Source of the DNA: Candidatus Latescibacterota bacterium
GTDB taxonomy: Bacteria; Latescibacterota; UBA2968; UBA8231
Assembly: GCA_965248355.1 (NCBI GenBank)
Contig: OZ252098.1
Span: 3,360,001-3,424,000 of the forward strand
DNA: 64,000 nucleotides
Direction of reading: 5' to 3'
The number at the start of each line of letters is the position of its first letter. Position 1 is the first letter of the stretch. A program made the position numbers and the translations under genes. Positions 28,746 to 39,214 of the stretch are shown piece after piece. The notes below the pieces were generated by a model, which was not told where the DNA came from, made no database searches, and was given only the letters and a program-made list of their open reading frames with translations.

Positions 28746-29684
28746 ATGCGAGTCATCCTGGCCCAGCCACGTGGATTCTGTGCCGGCGTTGAACGAGCCA
28801 TCGAGATCGTCGAGGCGGCCCTGGAACAGTACGGCCCGCCGATCTATGTGAGACACGAGATCGTCCACAACCCACGGGTCGTGGAAAACCTGAAGGCGAA
28901 GGGCGTACGCTTCGTGGAGGAGATCGACCAGGTCCCCCGCGGAGCGATCGCCGTCTTCAGCGCCCACGGCGTTTCGAAAAAGGTCGAGGAGGATGCGTCG
29001 ATGCGCGATCTGCGATCCCTCGATGCCACCTGTCCCCTGGTTACGAAAGTGCACAAGGAAGGCCGGCGCTACGCGGCCAGGGGCTACGACATCATCCTCA
29101 TCGGTCACGAGAACCATCCCGAGGTGGAGGGCACGGTAGGACAGATCCCGGGACCGGTCCTCCTGGTCAGCGACGCGAAAGGGGTGGAGGCCCTGGAGGT
29201 GCGCGATCCCGGGAAGGTCGCCTACATCACCCAGACGACCCTGTCCGTGGACGATACGCGGGAGGTGATCTCGGCCCTGCGCCGGCGCTTTCCGAAGATC
29301 GTCGGGCCGGACGTCAAGGACATCTGCTACGCAACCCAGAACCGCCAGGCCGCCGTGCGCGCACTCGCCGCCCGGGTGGACCTCATGCTGGTGGTGGGCG
29401 CACAGAACAGCTCCAACTCCAACCGCCTGTGCGAAGTCAGCAGTGACAGCGGCGTGCCGAGCTATCTGATCGAGGATCCTTCAATGCTCGATCCCGGCTG
29501 GCTGGTGGGGATGGAAAGCATCGGCATCGCCGCCGGGGCCTCAACGCCCGAAGAGCTGGTGCATGAGCTGATCGACAAGTTGCGGGAGCACGCCGACCTG
29601 GAAATCTCGACGATGGACGGCATCGAGGAAAACGTGCGTTTCAGCCTTCCCGATTCCCTGGACCCCGCCCCCGCTTCCGGGTAG
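28746..29684 (+). CDS. ispH: 4-hydroxy-3-methylbut-2-enyl diphosphate reductase
   Basis: [49 protein letters not shown]. Confidence 0.97.
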   Translation: MRVILAQPRGFCAGVERAIEIVEAALEQYGPPIYVRHEIVHNPRVVENLKAKGVRFVEEIDQVPRGAIAVFSAHGVSKKVEEDASMRDLRSLDATCPLVTKVHKEGRRYAARGYDIILIGHENHPEVEGTVGQIPGPVLLVSDAKGVEALEVRDPGKVAYITQTTLSVDDTREVISALRRRFPKIVGPDVKDICYATQNRQAAVRALAARVDLMLVVGAQNSSNSNRLCEVSSDSGVPSYLIEDPSMLDPGWLVGMESIGIAAGASTPEELVHELIDKLREHADLEISTMDGIEENVRFSLPDSLDPAPASG

Positions 29685-29688
29685 CAAC

Positions 29689-30957
29689 CTACAGGCTCCA
29701 GACCAGGTCCAGATCGACGAAGCTGTCCCGGCGCGTGTCGTAGTGGAGATCCGCTTCGTCGATGCCGAGTAGCTCGATCGCCTCCAGGCGCAGGGACCAG
29801 CGGCCTGAGATCCGCCGGTTCACTTCGACGGCGAGGGTGCGAGTGGCGTGGCCGGCGTCTCCCAGAATGCCGGCGAGAACCTCCGTTCCCTGCATATCGT
29901 TGAAGGCCAGGCGCCCGCCGAGAAAGAGGTCGTTCTCCAGGGTGTTCGGCGAGCGCCTCGGCGTCGCATCGGCGCCCCGTCCATCGTAGTTCCATTCGCC
30001 GAGCAGGCCGAGATCGCCCGTGGAACCAAGCACCGAGTAGAGGGTGTACTCCGAGCCGACAACAACAGCCGTGTAGTCCTCTTCCTGGCCGAGGCGGTTG
30101 CGGGCGCCGGCGCGCTGAATCGCTTCGAGCTTGAACAGCCAGGAGCCGGTGGTCCACTGGGCATCCAGCCCGAACTGCCGGATCTGCTCGTAGTGCTGGA
30201 TCAGGGCCGGCACCCCCCCGGGGTCCACGCCCAGTCGCAGAGAGGGCTCCCGGCTGGTGCCCTCGAACAGGCTCACACCCGCGTCGACGGGGCCCATGCC
30301 GTGGCTGTACCGGGCGGCGAGATCCAGGTGCCGCGCCCGGGCTTCGCTCTCGTACTCGACCTGCTCGTCCTCCACGACAAGGGGGAGACGCAGCCGGCCC
30401 GCCCGTCCGGGAAAGGTGCGGGCGCGGTGCCAGGGCAGGCCGAACAACTCCAGGGCTCCCCAGCCGCCGGACCAGGTGAGATGGATCATGGGCTGGCCCA
30501 GCTTGGCCTCGCCGTCGGGATGCTCCACGAAGTCGACCTGGTTTACGATGTCCACCAGGTGCTGGGATTCCGCGACGCCCCAGAAGACCTGGTCGATGCC
30601 CACGCGCAGCTCCCACTCCCCAGCGCCGACTTCCCCGAACAGCAGGAGTCCCGCCTCGCGCAGATCGGCGTGGGTGCGGCGGGGGTCTGCGGAGTCGTAG
30701 CGAAAGAACGGCGCCAGGGTGAGGCTCCGGCCGTCGGCGTCCGCAAGGGAGAGCCTCGGCGCCGCCACGAACCCGCTCGCATGGCGGCGTTGTCCGTCGT
30801 GGGCCGCACTCTCCGGGAACCAGCGGGTCTCGAGGCTGGAGCGCCCGGAGAACTGGTGATCCATCCAGGTGCCCCCATCGGCCCCGCCGGCAAGGACCGA
30901 TGCCAGGATCCATACCGCTACGGGAGCCGCGCGGTATGGATCGCCTCCAGGCCGCAT
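29689..30957 (-). CDS. Putative outer-membrane beta-barrel protein associated with MMPL/LolA-like genes
   Basis: ADLREA, VFWGVAE, VDIVNQ; alternating amphipathic strands; ends LVWSL; TGATG coupling. Confidence 0.7.
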   Translation of the reverse strand: MRPGGDPYRAAPVAVWILASVLAGGADGGTWMDHQFSGRSSLETRWFPESAAHDGQRRHASGFVAAPRLSLADADGRSLTLAPFFRYDSADPRRTHADLREAGLLLFGEVGAGEWELRVGIDQVFWGVAESQHLVDIVNQVDFVEHPDGEAKLGQPMIHLTWSGGWGALELFGLPWHRARTFPGRAGRLRLPLVVEDEQVEYESEARARHLDLAARYSHGMGPVDAGVSLFEGTSREPSLRLGVDPGGVPALIQHYEQIRQFGLDAQWTTGSWLFKLEAIQRAGARNRLGQEEDYTAVVVGSEYTLYSVLGSTGDLGLLGEWNYDGRGADATPRRSPNTLENDLFLGGRLAFNDMQGTEVLAGILGDAGHATRTLAVEVNRRISGRWSLRLEAIELLGIDEADLHYDTRRDSFVDLDLVWSL

Positions 30958-31778
30958 CAGCGGGTACGTCTCAGCCCGGTCCGTGTGAAATCGCGCTCGT
31001 CGAGGTCGGTGGCGAACTGGTACTCCGTCCAGGTCAGGACGGTGCTCTTCCCGGTGAGGTGGTTCTCCATGGTCATCTCGCCAGCGCGCCAGTATCTCCC
31101 AAGGTACTGGTTGTAGTTGGCCAGAGTGAGCGTCTTCAGATGGGCATCCTTGCGGTCGTAGTACTCCACTCTCCAGACGCGAAGCTCATCCTTGTCGCGC
31201 CACACCAACTGCCGGTTGTAGCCGGACTTCCTGTCCACGGGAAACCGTTCGGACACGGTGCAGGTCATCTGGCCGCACGGTTCGTCCCGCAGGTACCGGT
31301 AGGTGTATTTCTCCACCGCCTGGGCGGTCAGATCCTCATAGGCGAACTCACTGCCCATGAAGGAGCCGGACCGGTTGGACGAGCTGATGCGCTTGACACG
31401 TTTCAGGGCCGGCAGGTAGAACCACTGATCGTCTGCGCTCTCCGGGTGAGCATGGATGAGCAAGGCGGTGCCCTGCACGTCCCGCGGCTCATCGAACACG
31501 AAGAGGCTCTTGTCCCCCTCTCCGGCCACCTCCAGAACCCTCACGCGAAGCTGGCGCCGGCTTTCCTGCCCCTGCCTGTTCCGCAGCACCATGGACTGCC
31601 GGGCCGTGAAGTTGCCGAAGCCGACTTCGCGGGAACTCGCATCTTTGGCGATCCTCAGCCCGGTCTCCTCGGGGCTAGCCCCGAGGGAAGGAGCGGGAAT
31701 CGCTGCCAGGAATGCCGCCAGGATAGCGAAGAGCCCGAGATGGCGGGGCACCGGCCCGGCCGGGGGTGCGGGGATCAT
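30957..31778 (-). CDS. Outer membrane lipoprotein-sorting (LolA-like) protein
   Basis: DEPRDVQGTALL, DDQWFYLPALKRVKRI, SFMGSEFAYEDL; ATGA coupling. Confidence 0.9.
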   Translation of the reverse strand: MIPAPPAGPVPRHLGLFAILAAFLAAIPAPSLGASPEETGLRIAKDASSREVGFGNFTARQSMVLRNRQGQESRRQLRVRVLEVAGEGDKSLFVFDEPRDVQGTALLIHAHPESADDQWFYLPALKRVKRISSSNRSGSFMGSEFAYEDLTAQAVEKYTYRYLRDEPCGQMTCTVSERFPVDRKSGYNRQLVWRDKDELRVWRVEYYDRKDAHLKTLTLANYNQYLGRYWRAGEMTMENHLTGKSTVLTWTEYQFATDLDERDFTRTGLRRTR

Positions 31779-34066
31779 GGATTCCTCCGGTCGATGGCGA
31801 TGAGCAAGGTCGGCAGGATCAGGAAGTCGGCGGCCAGGGCGAAGAGGATCGTCATGGTGACCAGAAGACCGAGAGCCCAGCTCACCTCGAATCCCGAGGT
31901 GGCGAAGACCAGGAACCCGGCGGACAGTACCGCGGTGGTCGTCCACAAGGCATGGCCCACGGTATGGAAGGCGGAGCGCACCGCCTCGGGTGCCGCCTGG
32001 CCCTCCCGCCGGGCCTTCAGGTACTTGCTGAGGAAGTGAACCGTGTCGTCCACGACGATTCCGAAGACAACGGCGATGACCACCGACGAGGCAATGCCCA
32101 CGTGGCCCACGAGATAGCCCCACAGGCCGAAGCTCATGATGGCGGGGATGAAGTTCGGCAGCAGGCTCAGCAGCCCGATGCGGACGCTCTTGAAGATCCA
32201 GATGAGGATGAAGGAAATGAGGGCCATGGCCAGGATCGTCCCGCGCAACATGCTGTGGACATTTCGCAATGACAAGTGGGCAAAGACGATGCTCAGGCCC
32301 GATGCCTCCTGCGCAAAGTCGGGGACATTGTCCTCGAGCCAGCCCTGGGCCCGCTTGTCGAGCTCCCGCAGATCCCGGGACCAGGCGTTCTTCGTCACCA
32401 CCACCATGCGCGTAGCGGACTTTGCCACATCGATGCGATCGTTGAGATCGCTGCCGAAGGGAAGGGAAAGCTCGTAGAGCAAGAGGTACTGCGCCGCCAG
32501 AGCCGGGTCTTCGGGCAGGCGATGGAAGGCTGGATCGTCGCCGTGCATGTTCTTGTTGAGGCGCTTCATGATGTCCGAGAAGACCTGCACGTGGGTGACT
32601 TCGGGCTGTTGGCGATACCATTCGGCGAAGGCGTCGGCCTGGCGCAGGTAGTCGGGATCCGTAATGCCGCCCTCCCGGCCCGAATCCAGGGAGTATTCCA
32701 GCTTGTCCACGCCCGTAAGGTGCTCGATGACATAGTCCGTATGGCGCCGGAACTCGTACCGGTCGTCGAAGTACTGGGCCATGTTGTCGCTCAGCTCGAT
32801 GCGGGAGATCCCCATGGCCAGGACGACCACCACCGCGGCCAGGGACCACAGCAGGGATGTGCGCCGGGCGATGACGAAATCCGCGAAACGGTCGAAGAAG
32901 GCCTTTCCCTCCGACCTGGCACGGGGCGCACGCAGGGGCAGAATAGAGAGCAACGCCGGCAGGAGAGTCATGGTGTAGAGGAAGGCGCAGAGCACGCCGA
33001 AGGCCACGGAGTTGCCGAGGACCCGAAAGGGGGGCGAATCCGAGGCATTGAGGCTCAGGAACCCAACGGCCGTTGTGACCGAAGTGATGAGTACCGGGTA
33101 GGCATTGATGCGTATCGATTCAAGGATCGCCGCATTCCTGTCCAGGCCGCGCCGGAGGCCCAGCAGGACACCGGTGACGATATGGATGGAATCGGCGATG
33201 GCTATCACCATGACGATGATCGGTACGCCAGCGTTGGTGGGGCTGAAGACTACGCCCATCCAGCCGGCGAAGCCCATGGTCGAATTGATGACGAAGACCA
33301 GCACGGCCACGATGGCCATGGCGCCCAGGAAGGAGCGGAGAATCAGGACGGAGAGGCCCACGATGATGAGGAACACGATCGGCGTCAGGGTCTCCAGGTC
33401 GTCCTGGGTGGCGTCGGAGAAAGCCCGGTTCATGACCACATCGCCGGTCAGGTAGTATTCGATCCCCGGGTGGTCGGCGCGCGCCTGCTCCAGTTGCGAA
33501 CGCAGATAGTCGGTGATTTCCACCACCGCCTGGTCCGGGTTGTCGGGGAGGATGAAATGGATCGCCACCCCGGCCGTGCGCCCGTCGCGGGAGACCAGGC
33601 GCCCGGCGACATCGATTGCGCCCAGGGCGGTCCTCTCGATCCGCGGCAGATCGGCGTCGCCCAGCGCCTGCGCGTCCTCCACGAGGGGACCCACCACCAG
33701 CTCGTCCCCCCATCCCTCGCTGTGAGTGTAGTTGGTGAGGGAGGTGACCCGGCCGGAGTAGGGCGCCCGCCACCCCGCTTCGGTCAACTCCGCAACGGCC
33801 CCAAGAGCCTCTCGGGTGAACACCTTGCCCTCCCGGGGCGTAACGGCAATCAGGGCCTGGTTGGAGGCGGAGTACGTGTTCTCCAGGGCGTCGAATGCGA
33901 GGAGCTGCGGATTGTCCTCGCCGAACAGAATGCGGTAGTCGTTGGTAACGGTGATGAATCGCATGCCTGCGGCCATGGCCAGCATGACCAGGGAGGCGAG
34001 CAGAACGGTCAACCAACGCCGACGCAGAATGGTGGCGGTGTAACGTTCCAACGGTGGAGGAGTCAT
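31775..34066 (-). CDS. MMPL/RND family transporter
   Basis: Two repeat halves with IAIADSIH and GIVVDDTVHF, about 12 TM; alternative GTG start at 34081. Confidence 0.92.
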   Translation of the reverse strand: MTPPPLERYTATILRRRWLTVLLASLVMLAMAAGMRFITVTNDYRILFGEDNPQLLAFDALENTYSASNQALIAVTPREGKVFTREALGAVAELTEAGWRAPYSGRVTSLTNYTHSEGWGDELVVGPLVEDAQALGDADLPRIERTALGAIDVAGRLVSRDGRTAGVAIHFILPDNPDQAVVEITDYLRSQLEQARADHPGIEYYLTGDVVMNRAFSDATQDDLETLTPIVFLIIVGLSVLILRSFLGAMAIVAVLVFVINSTMGFAGWMGVVFSPTNAGVPIIVMVIAIADSIHIVTGVLLGLRRGLDRNAAILESIRINAYPVLITSVTTAVGFLSLNASDSPPFRVLGNSVAFGVLCAFLYTMTLLPALLSILPLRAPRARSEGKAFFDRFADFVIARRTSLLWSLAAVVVVLAMGISRIELSDNMAQYFDDRYEFRRHTDYVIEHLTGVDKLEYSLDSGREGGITDPDYLRQADAFAEWYRQQPEVTHVQVFSDIMKRLNKNMHGDDPAFHRLPEDPALAAQYLLLYELSLPFGSDLNDRIDVAKSATRMVVVTKNAWSRDLRELDKRAQGWLEDNVPDFAQEASGLSIVFAHLSLRNVHSMLRGTILAMALISFILIWIFKSVRIGLLSLLPNFIPAIMSFGLWGYLVGHVGIASSVVIAVVFGIVVDDTVHFLSKYLKARREGQAAPEAVRSAFHTVGHALWTTTAVLSAGFLVFATSGFEVSWALGLLVTMTILFALAADFLILPTLLIAIDRRNP

Positions 34067-34446
34067 CGTCCCGGCCGTCACCGGGTCGGTGGGGCGGCGG
34101 GTTCTCTCATGCGAGAGCGCGGCGCAATGGACACGGTCGGACGGTCACACCAGGCACTCACCAGGGGCTGGACTTCGATGTGTAGACGTGGTCAGGCATC
34201 TTGTAGCTCACTCCCTCCTCGTCATACACCGAGATTTTCAGAAGCTGAGTGAAATTCTCTGACCGGACCACTTGTCCGGCCTTCAGAAATCTTATGGCGC
34301 GTTGCTTCATTCGGTACAAGAACAGTGTTCCCACACCGAAGTGCTTTGGAAACTCGAACTGGTCAGCGAGCCGCCCGCCTATGAGAGCTCGCGAAAGGCG
34401 GTAGGACAAAGCGGTCAGTTTTTCCTTTTCAACCGGATCTGTCACA

Positions 34447-36084
34447 GTAACCGTTCAGTCCCCTACGGGTGGGTCCACATGTTGAGAAATTGCTGTTCTG
34501 ATTTGGCCTTTGTGGGTATCTTGGGACCGGTTTCTGGCACAGAGTCCTTTAGACCCGGGCAAGGCCGTGGAGAGCCCCCCTCAGATTTCGGTGTCCGACA
34601 GCGACTGGCAGCGCACGCCGCGGGCCGTGCAGGGGCTGGTGGTCCGCTTGGGGGAGCGGGTGGCGCACCTGGAGCAGATCGTGGAGCAACAAACCGCCCG
34701 CATCGCGGCCTTGGAGCAGGAACTGGCCCGCCGCAAGGACGAGGCCGCCGCGGCGCCCAAGCCTCGGCTTCTTCGGGCTCCAGCGACCGCGCCAGCCAGC
34801 GCCGATCCTCGGGACGTTCGCCGGGAGGACAGCCGGGGCACGAAGGCCATGGCCGGTCGCTGATGCCGGCCGAGCGCGTGGATCAGTGGACCCCGGTCAA
34901 GCCCAGCGCCTGCCACCGATGCGGCCAGCGGCTGACGGGCGAGGACCCCCATCCGCGGCGTCACCAGCAGGTCGTGATCCCGCCGGTGCGAGCCCAGGTC
35001 ATCGAGTATCAGTTGCACACGCTGCGTTGTCCGGCCTGCGACCGGCTGACCGAAGCCGACTGGCCCGTGGGGGTGTCCCGGCGCACCTTCGGGCCCAGCG
35101 TGCAGGCCTGGGTCGGCCTGTTGGCCGGCGCCTACCGCTTGAGTCATCGCAACATCGTAGCCCTGTTGTCCGACGCCTTTGGCGTCGAGCTGTCGGTGGG
35201 CACGGTCAGCCCGTTGCAGCAAGAGGTGTCGGCGGCGCTGGCCGCGCCGGTGCAAGAAGCCGGCGCCTACGTTCGTCAACAAGCCCGAGTCAATGTGGAC
35301 GAGACGGGCTGGCGGCAACGCCGCGCCCGGGCCTGGTTGTGGACCGCGGTGACGGCGGGCGTCTCGGTGTTCGCCATTCGCAACAGCCGCGGCCGGGAGG
35401 TGGTCGAGGAGTTGCTCGGCGCCGACAGCCCGGCGGTGGTCGGCTCGGACCGGTACTCGGCCTACGGGCATTTGCCGCCGGCGCGCCGGCAAGTGTGCTG
35501 GGCTCACCTGCGGCGCACCTTCGAGGACTTTGTGGCCCGCGGGGGACAGGCCGCCGACATCGGCCAGCAGTTGCTGGCGTGCACCGATCAGATGTTTACC
35601 TGGTGGCATCGGGTCCGCGACGGCACCCTGCAACGCGCCAGCTTCCAGGTCTATGTCCACGCTCTGCGAGTGCGCCTTCGTCTGGCCTTGTGGTCTGGGC
35701 AGCAGTTCGCCGACGCCCGGACGGCGGCGACCTGTGGCAATCTGCTCGACCTCGAGCCGGCGCTGTGGACCTTCGCCCGCCGGCCGGGCGTGGAGCCGAC
35801 GAACAACGAGGCCGAACGAGCCCTTCGCCATGGCGTGCTGTGGCGCCACACCAGCTTCGGCAACCACAGTGCCGACGGCAGCCGCTTCGCCGAGCGCCTG
35901 CTCACGGTGCGCGACACCCTGCGCCAGCAACAGCGCAGCGTCCTCGACTATCTCATGACGGCCTGTCACGCCGCCCTCCAGCAGCAGCCGGCGCCGTCCC
36001 TGCTGCCCCAAACCAGCTCCGTCCTTCGGTAGTCCTCTCCGCACCACTCCTCCGCCTCCATCAGCTTGGAGACTGAACGGTTAC
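34447..36084 (+). mobile_element. IS66-family element, single-transposase (ISBst12-like) type (about 1.64 kb)
   Basis: TIR GTAACCGTTCAGTC at both ends; 8-bp TSD CTGTCACA at 34439-34446 and 36085-36092; no tnpA/tnpB accessory genes. Confidence 0.93.
34567..36032 (+). CDS. IS66-family transposase, one frameshift near 34737
   Basis: Coiled-coil N-terminus, GGQPGHEG, CxxC zinc finger, NVDETGW, SDRYSAY, CWAHL, TNNEAERALR; AAGGACGA needs one more G to join the frames. Confidence 0.88.
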
Positions 36085-37085
36085 CTGTCACATCCCCAAC
36101 CGCCGGAATGGCTTGGATCAGCATATTCGCCACGGCTATCGAATCGGCATCGGGCGGCGGCTCGCACATATAGCTGATCTTGTAGACTTCCTCCGCGTCC
36201 TCGGCATCGGCATAGAGGATGGTCTCGGGTATCCCCATGAGATAGCCGGTGTAGCGCCAGACATCGAGAATGCTCCTGTTTTCCTCGCTATTGAAACTCG
36301 CCCCCACCCCTGCCGAGTACTCCAGGAGGCGCTTGGAGAAGACGGAGATGGCAAACCCCAAATGCGCCGCGCTTACCGGCGTGCCCCAGGCTTCGTGATT
36401 CCAATCGTCGGATTGGGCCAGCATGCTCCTTATACGAGCATGAACAAAGCGAATGCGCACGGACAGCTTCCAGCCATCACCATTTCTTTGCAGGCCACCG
36501 GGGAAGAAAATATCCATCATGTGGCGGTTGTTCTGCTGAAGGCGCCTCCTGGTCGACGCCACCCGCCCGGTAATATTGAAAGACTTGGCGATAAGCGTGG
36601 AAAAGCCTTCCACCAGCACTCCGGTAACGAATGCGACGAGTATGAGGTTGACATTGGCATGGAATGCGCGGCGTCCTGCCTGAAAGGCCTCGTAGTCCAG
36701 CCAGGGAGGATCTTCAAGATTCTCGAAGAAATCGCGCAGAGGCTGCGGCGCTCGGCGCAGCACCTCGTCCTGCTGCTCTATGCCGGCCCTGATGAACCGG
36801 TGCAACTCACCGGGAGGCAAGGAGGAGAGCTCCTCCATAACCGGATCCAGCGCGGGATCGCCGATTGCGGTGTGCCTGACATAGTTGTCGGCCGCTGCCT
36901 GGTCGTAGAGGCGGGCCTTCTCATAGCCCTTGGTGTATGCCGAAGGCGATGATGGCATTTCCATTTCCAGCATCCTTTGAGATGTCCATGGCCAATGGAC
37001 AGTGGGGGAGATCTCGAGGGACAACCTGTAATATAGCCTCTCTTAGTCCTGAAAACCCAACCATTCGGGGCAAACGAGGGCCAAA

Positions 37086-38828
37086 CTAGGGCGGTCCCTC
37101 GACCTGCACCGTGACGATGTCCACGTCGTGGTACTTCTGGTGGCCCACGGAGGTGGCGTAGTGGCGCAGCAGGCGGAAGGAGATCTCGCGCTCGTCCGGC
37201 AGCTCGGGCTGCTCGCTCAGGTAGGCGAGCCGGTCTTCCAGGTTCGCCACGTCCGAGGCGGCCAGGAACTCCAGCTCCGCCCCCTTCTCGGCCCGGTGCG
37301 CGGTGACGATCAGTCGCCGCCCCTTGCCGTCCGTCCTGTCCTCCTCGACTTGCTGCAACAACACCGCCAGGGTCTCCTCTCCCGCGGAGCGCAGCCGTCC
37401 CTCCGCCGCCTCATTCCAGCCGATCCTCGCGGAGAAGCCCCGGAGGAAGGCATCGATCTCCGGCAACGCCCCGGCGGCCAGCTCGACCTCCAGCCGGCGG
37501 CGTCGGGGAGCTGTCAGCTCCATGAAGGCGGTCAGGGCGATCGCCGCGAGGCAGCCGGCGGTCATGCCATTGCCGAGCAAGGTGCCCCAGGTGCCGCTGC
37601 CCAGGAGATCCGCGAAGATCACCTGGTTCTGGAAGCCGACGCCGATCCAGAAGGCCAGCCCCACCACCGCGGCCTTGCGATGATCGAGTCCATCCGCGAC
37701 GACGATCTTCATTCCCTGCACGAAGAGCAGGCCGATCAGCAGGGTCACATAAGCCGCGGCCACGGGGTTGGGAATGGCGATCAGGAGGGCCGTCACCTTC
37801 GGGGACAGGGCCAGGAAGACGAAGATGAGGCCGATATACACCCCCACGCGCCTCGCGGCGACACCGGTGAGCTCGGCGAGGGATATGCTGGTGGAGTAGG
37901 TCGTGTTGGGGGGCGTCGCCATGAGCCCGGACAGCAAGTTGCCGACCCCGTCGGCGTTCAGAGCCCCCTGGACCAGACGGAAATCGGTGGCCCGCGGCTG
38001 GCGCCTCGAGACCCGTTGAATGGCCACACCGTCGCCGATGGTCTCGATGGCGCCCACGAGGGTGACCACCGCGAAGGCCGGCAGGAGCACCCAGAACTCC
38101 GCCCCCGGCGTCAGGTCCAACCCGGGCCAGCCGCCGTCCGGAAGGCCGATCCAGGGGGCTTCGAGGAAGGGCCGGATGTCATACAGTCCGAAAGCAGCGG
38201 CCACGGCACACCCTACCGCCACGGCGATGAGCGGAGCCCACAGCCGCCAGGCCACGGGAGCGCGCAGGGTCAGCACCGCCAGCACCGCCAGCGTCGTCCC
38301 GGCCGCCATCGGGGCCGCGGCCGTCGGCGTGCCCTCGGGCACCTCCTTCAGCAGGCCGAAGACGATGGGCATGACCGTCACCGCGATCAGCATGATCACC
38401 GTGCCGGAGACCACCGGTGTGATGATCCGGCGCAGCAGGGAAAGCCTCGCCGCCAGGGCGAACTGAAAGAGCGAGGAGACGACGATCAGGCTCGCCATCA
38501 GGGCCGGTCCGCCCCTTGCCAGGGCGGTGATGCAGACCGCGATGAAAGCGCCCGAGGTGCCCATGATCAGCACGTGCCCGGCCCCGATCCGCCCGACCCG
38601 GACCGCCTGGAGCACCGTGCTCACGCCACTGATCAGGAGCGCCGCGAAGGCGACCCAGGTCAGGTAGCTCGCGGGCTGGCCGGCCGCGCGGCCGATGATG
38701 ACGGCGCCGAGCACCACCGGCGCCAGGACGACCACCGCGGCCTGGAAGCCCACCCCGGCCGCTACGGAGTGGGGAGGGCGGTCCTCCGTCTCGAAGCGGA
38801 TCGATTCATTCTCCCCTGGTGTTTCCAA
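37086..38828 (-). CDS. NCS2 (xanthine/uracil permease-like) protein fused to a degenerate HATPase_c_2 (RsbW-like) C-terminal domain
   Basis: STVLQA, PVVSGTVIMLI, IETIGD, GALNADG, PNTTYS...TGVAARRVG; the roughly 140-aa tail aligns by eye with the RsbW-like protein at 47960-48409. Confidence 0.88.
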   Translation of the reverse strand: METPGENESIRFETEDRPPHSVAAGVGFQAAVVVLAPVVLGAVIIGRAAGQPASYLTWVAFAALLISGVSTVLQAVRVGRIGAGHVLIMGTSGAFIAVCITALARGGPALMASLIVVSSLFQFALAARLSLLRRIITPVVSGTVIMLIAVTVMPIVFGLLKEVPEGTPTAAAPMAAGTTLAVLAVLTLRAPVAWRLWAPLIAVAVGCAVAAAFGLYDIRPFLEAPWIGLPDGGWPGLDLTPGAEFWVLLPAFAVVTLVGAIETIGDGVAIQRVSRRQPRATDFRLVQGALNADGVGNLLSGLMATPPNTTYSTSISLAELTGVAARRVGVYIGLIFVFLALSPKVTALLIAIPNPVAAAYVTLLIGLLFVQGMKIVVADGLDHRKAAVVGLAFWIGVGFQNQVIFADLLGSGTWGTLLGNGMTAGCLAAIALTAFMELTAPRRRRLEVELAAGALPEIDAFLRGFSARIGWNEAAEGRLRSAGEETLAVLLQQVEEDRTDGKGRRLIVTAHRAEKGAELEFLAASDVANLEDRLAYLSEQPELPDEREISFRLLRHYATSVGHQKYHDVDIVTVQVEGPP

Positions 38829-38872
38829 AGGCCCTCACTCCCGATCTGAGGTCTGAGGACGGCCGGGCGGCC

Positions 38873-39200
38873 TCATGGGCGCCATACCAGCAGCAGCTGG
38901 GCGACATCAACAGGTGGGGGGCTCCGAGAATCGCACGACCCAGGTCCCAGGTGAACTGCGGCTGGGCGAGGATCGACCCCTTCACCTCCCGGCCGAGCTC
39001 GTCGGTGCTGCGGCCCAGGTACTCGGCATGGCCGGCGACGGAAAGGGATTGTCCGCCGACCTCGAAGGGGCTGTTCCCGGTCTCGGGGGCGCCGCCGGCG
39101 GTGAGATCCGTGTTCAGAAGAGAAACCAGGGCAGATCCCAGGACACCCTGAGTCCGGGCAGGTACTTCACGACTCCGGCGTCCCCACCCGCGTTGCCCCC
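38873..39200 (-). pseudogene. 3' relic of a Tsx/OmpK-like nucleoside-channel outer-membrane protein
   Basis: Frame-hopping segments GNAGGDAGVVKYLPGLRVSWDLP / LNTDLTA / PFEVGGQSLSVAGHAEYLG...ILAQPQFTWDLGRAI / DVAQLLLVWRP*; family call is from recalled motifs. Confidence 0.55.
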
Positions 39201-39214
39201 GGCGGCGGCCGGGA

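Larger units (their letters stand above)
34158..36964 (-). pseudogene. MpaB/Lcp-like (ER-bound oxygenase / rubber oxygenase family) protein interrupted by IS66
   Basis: GDPALD, PPWLD, RIRFVHARIR, WGTPVS, WRYTGYLMG; removing the IS and one TSD copy gives an in-frame 386-aa ORF (...PAVGDVT|DPVEKEK...SSPW*). Confidence 0.88.

Noticed and set aside
34730..34745. Programmed frameshift in the IS66 transposase
   Set aside because: No slippery A-rich heptamer is visible; a single missing G (error or mutation) explains it
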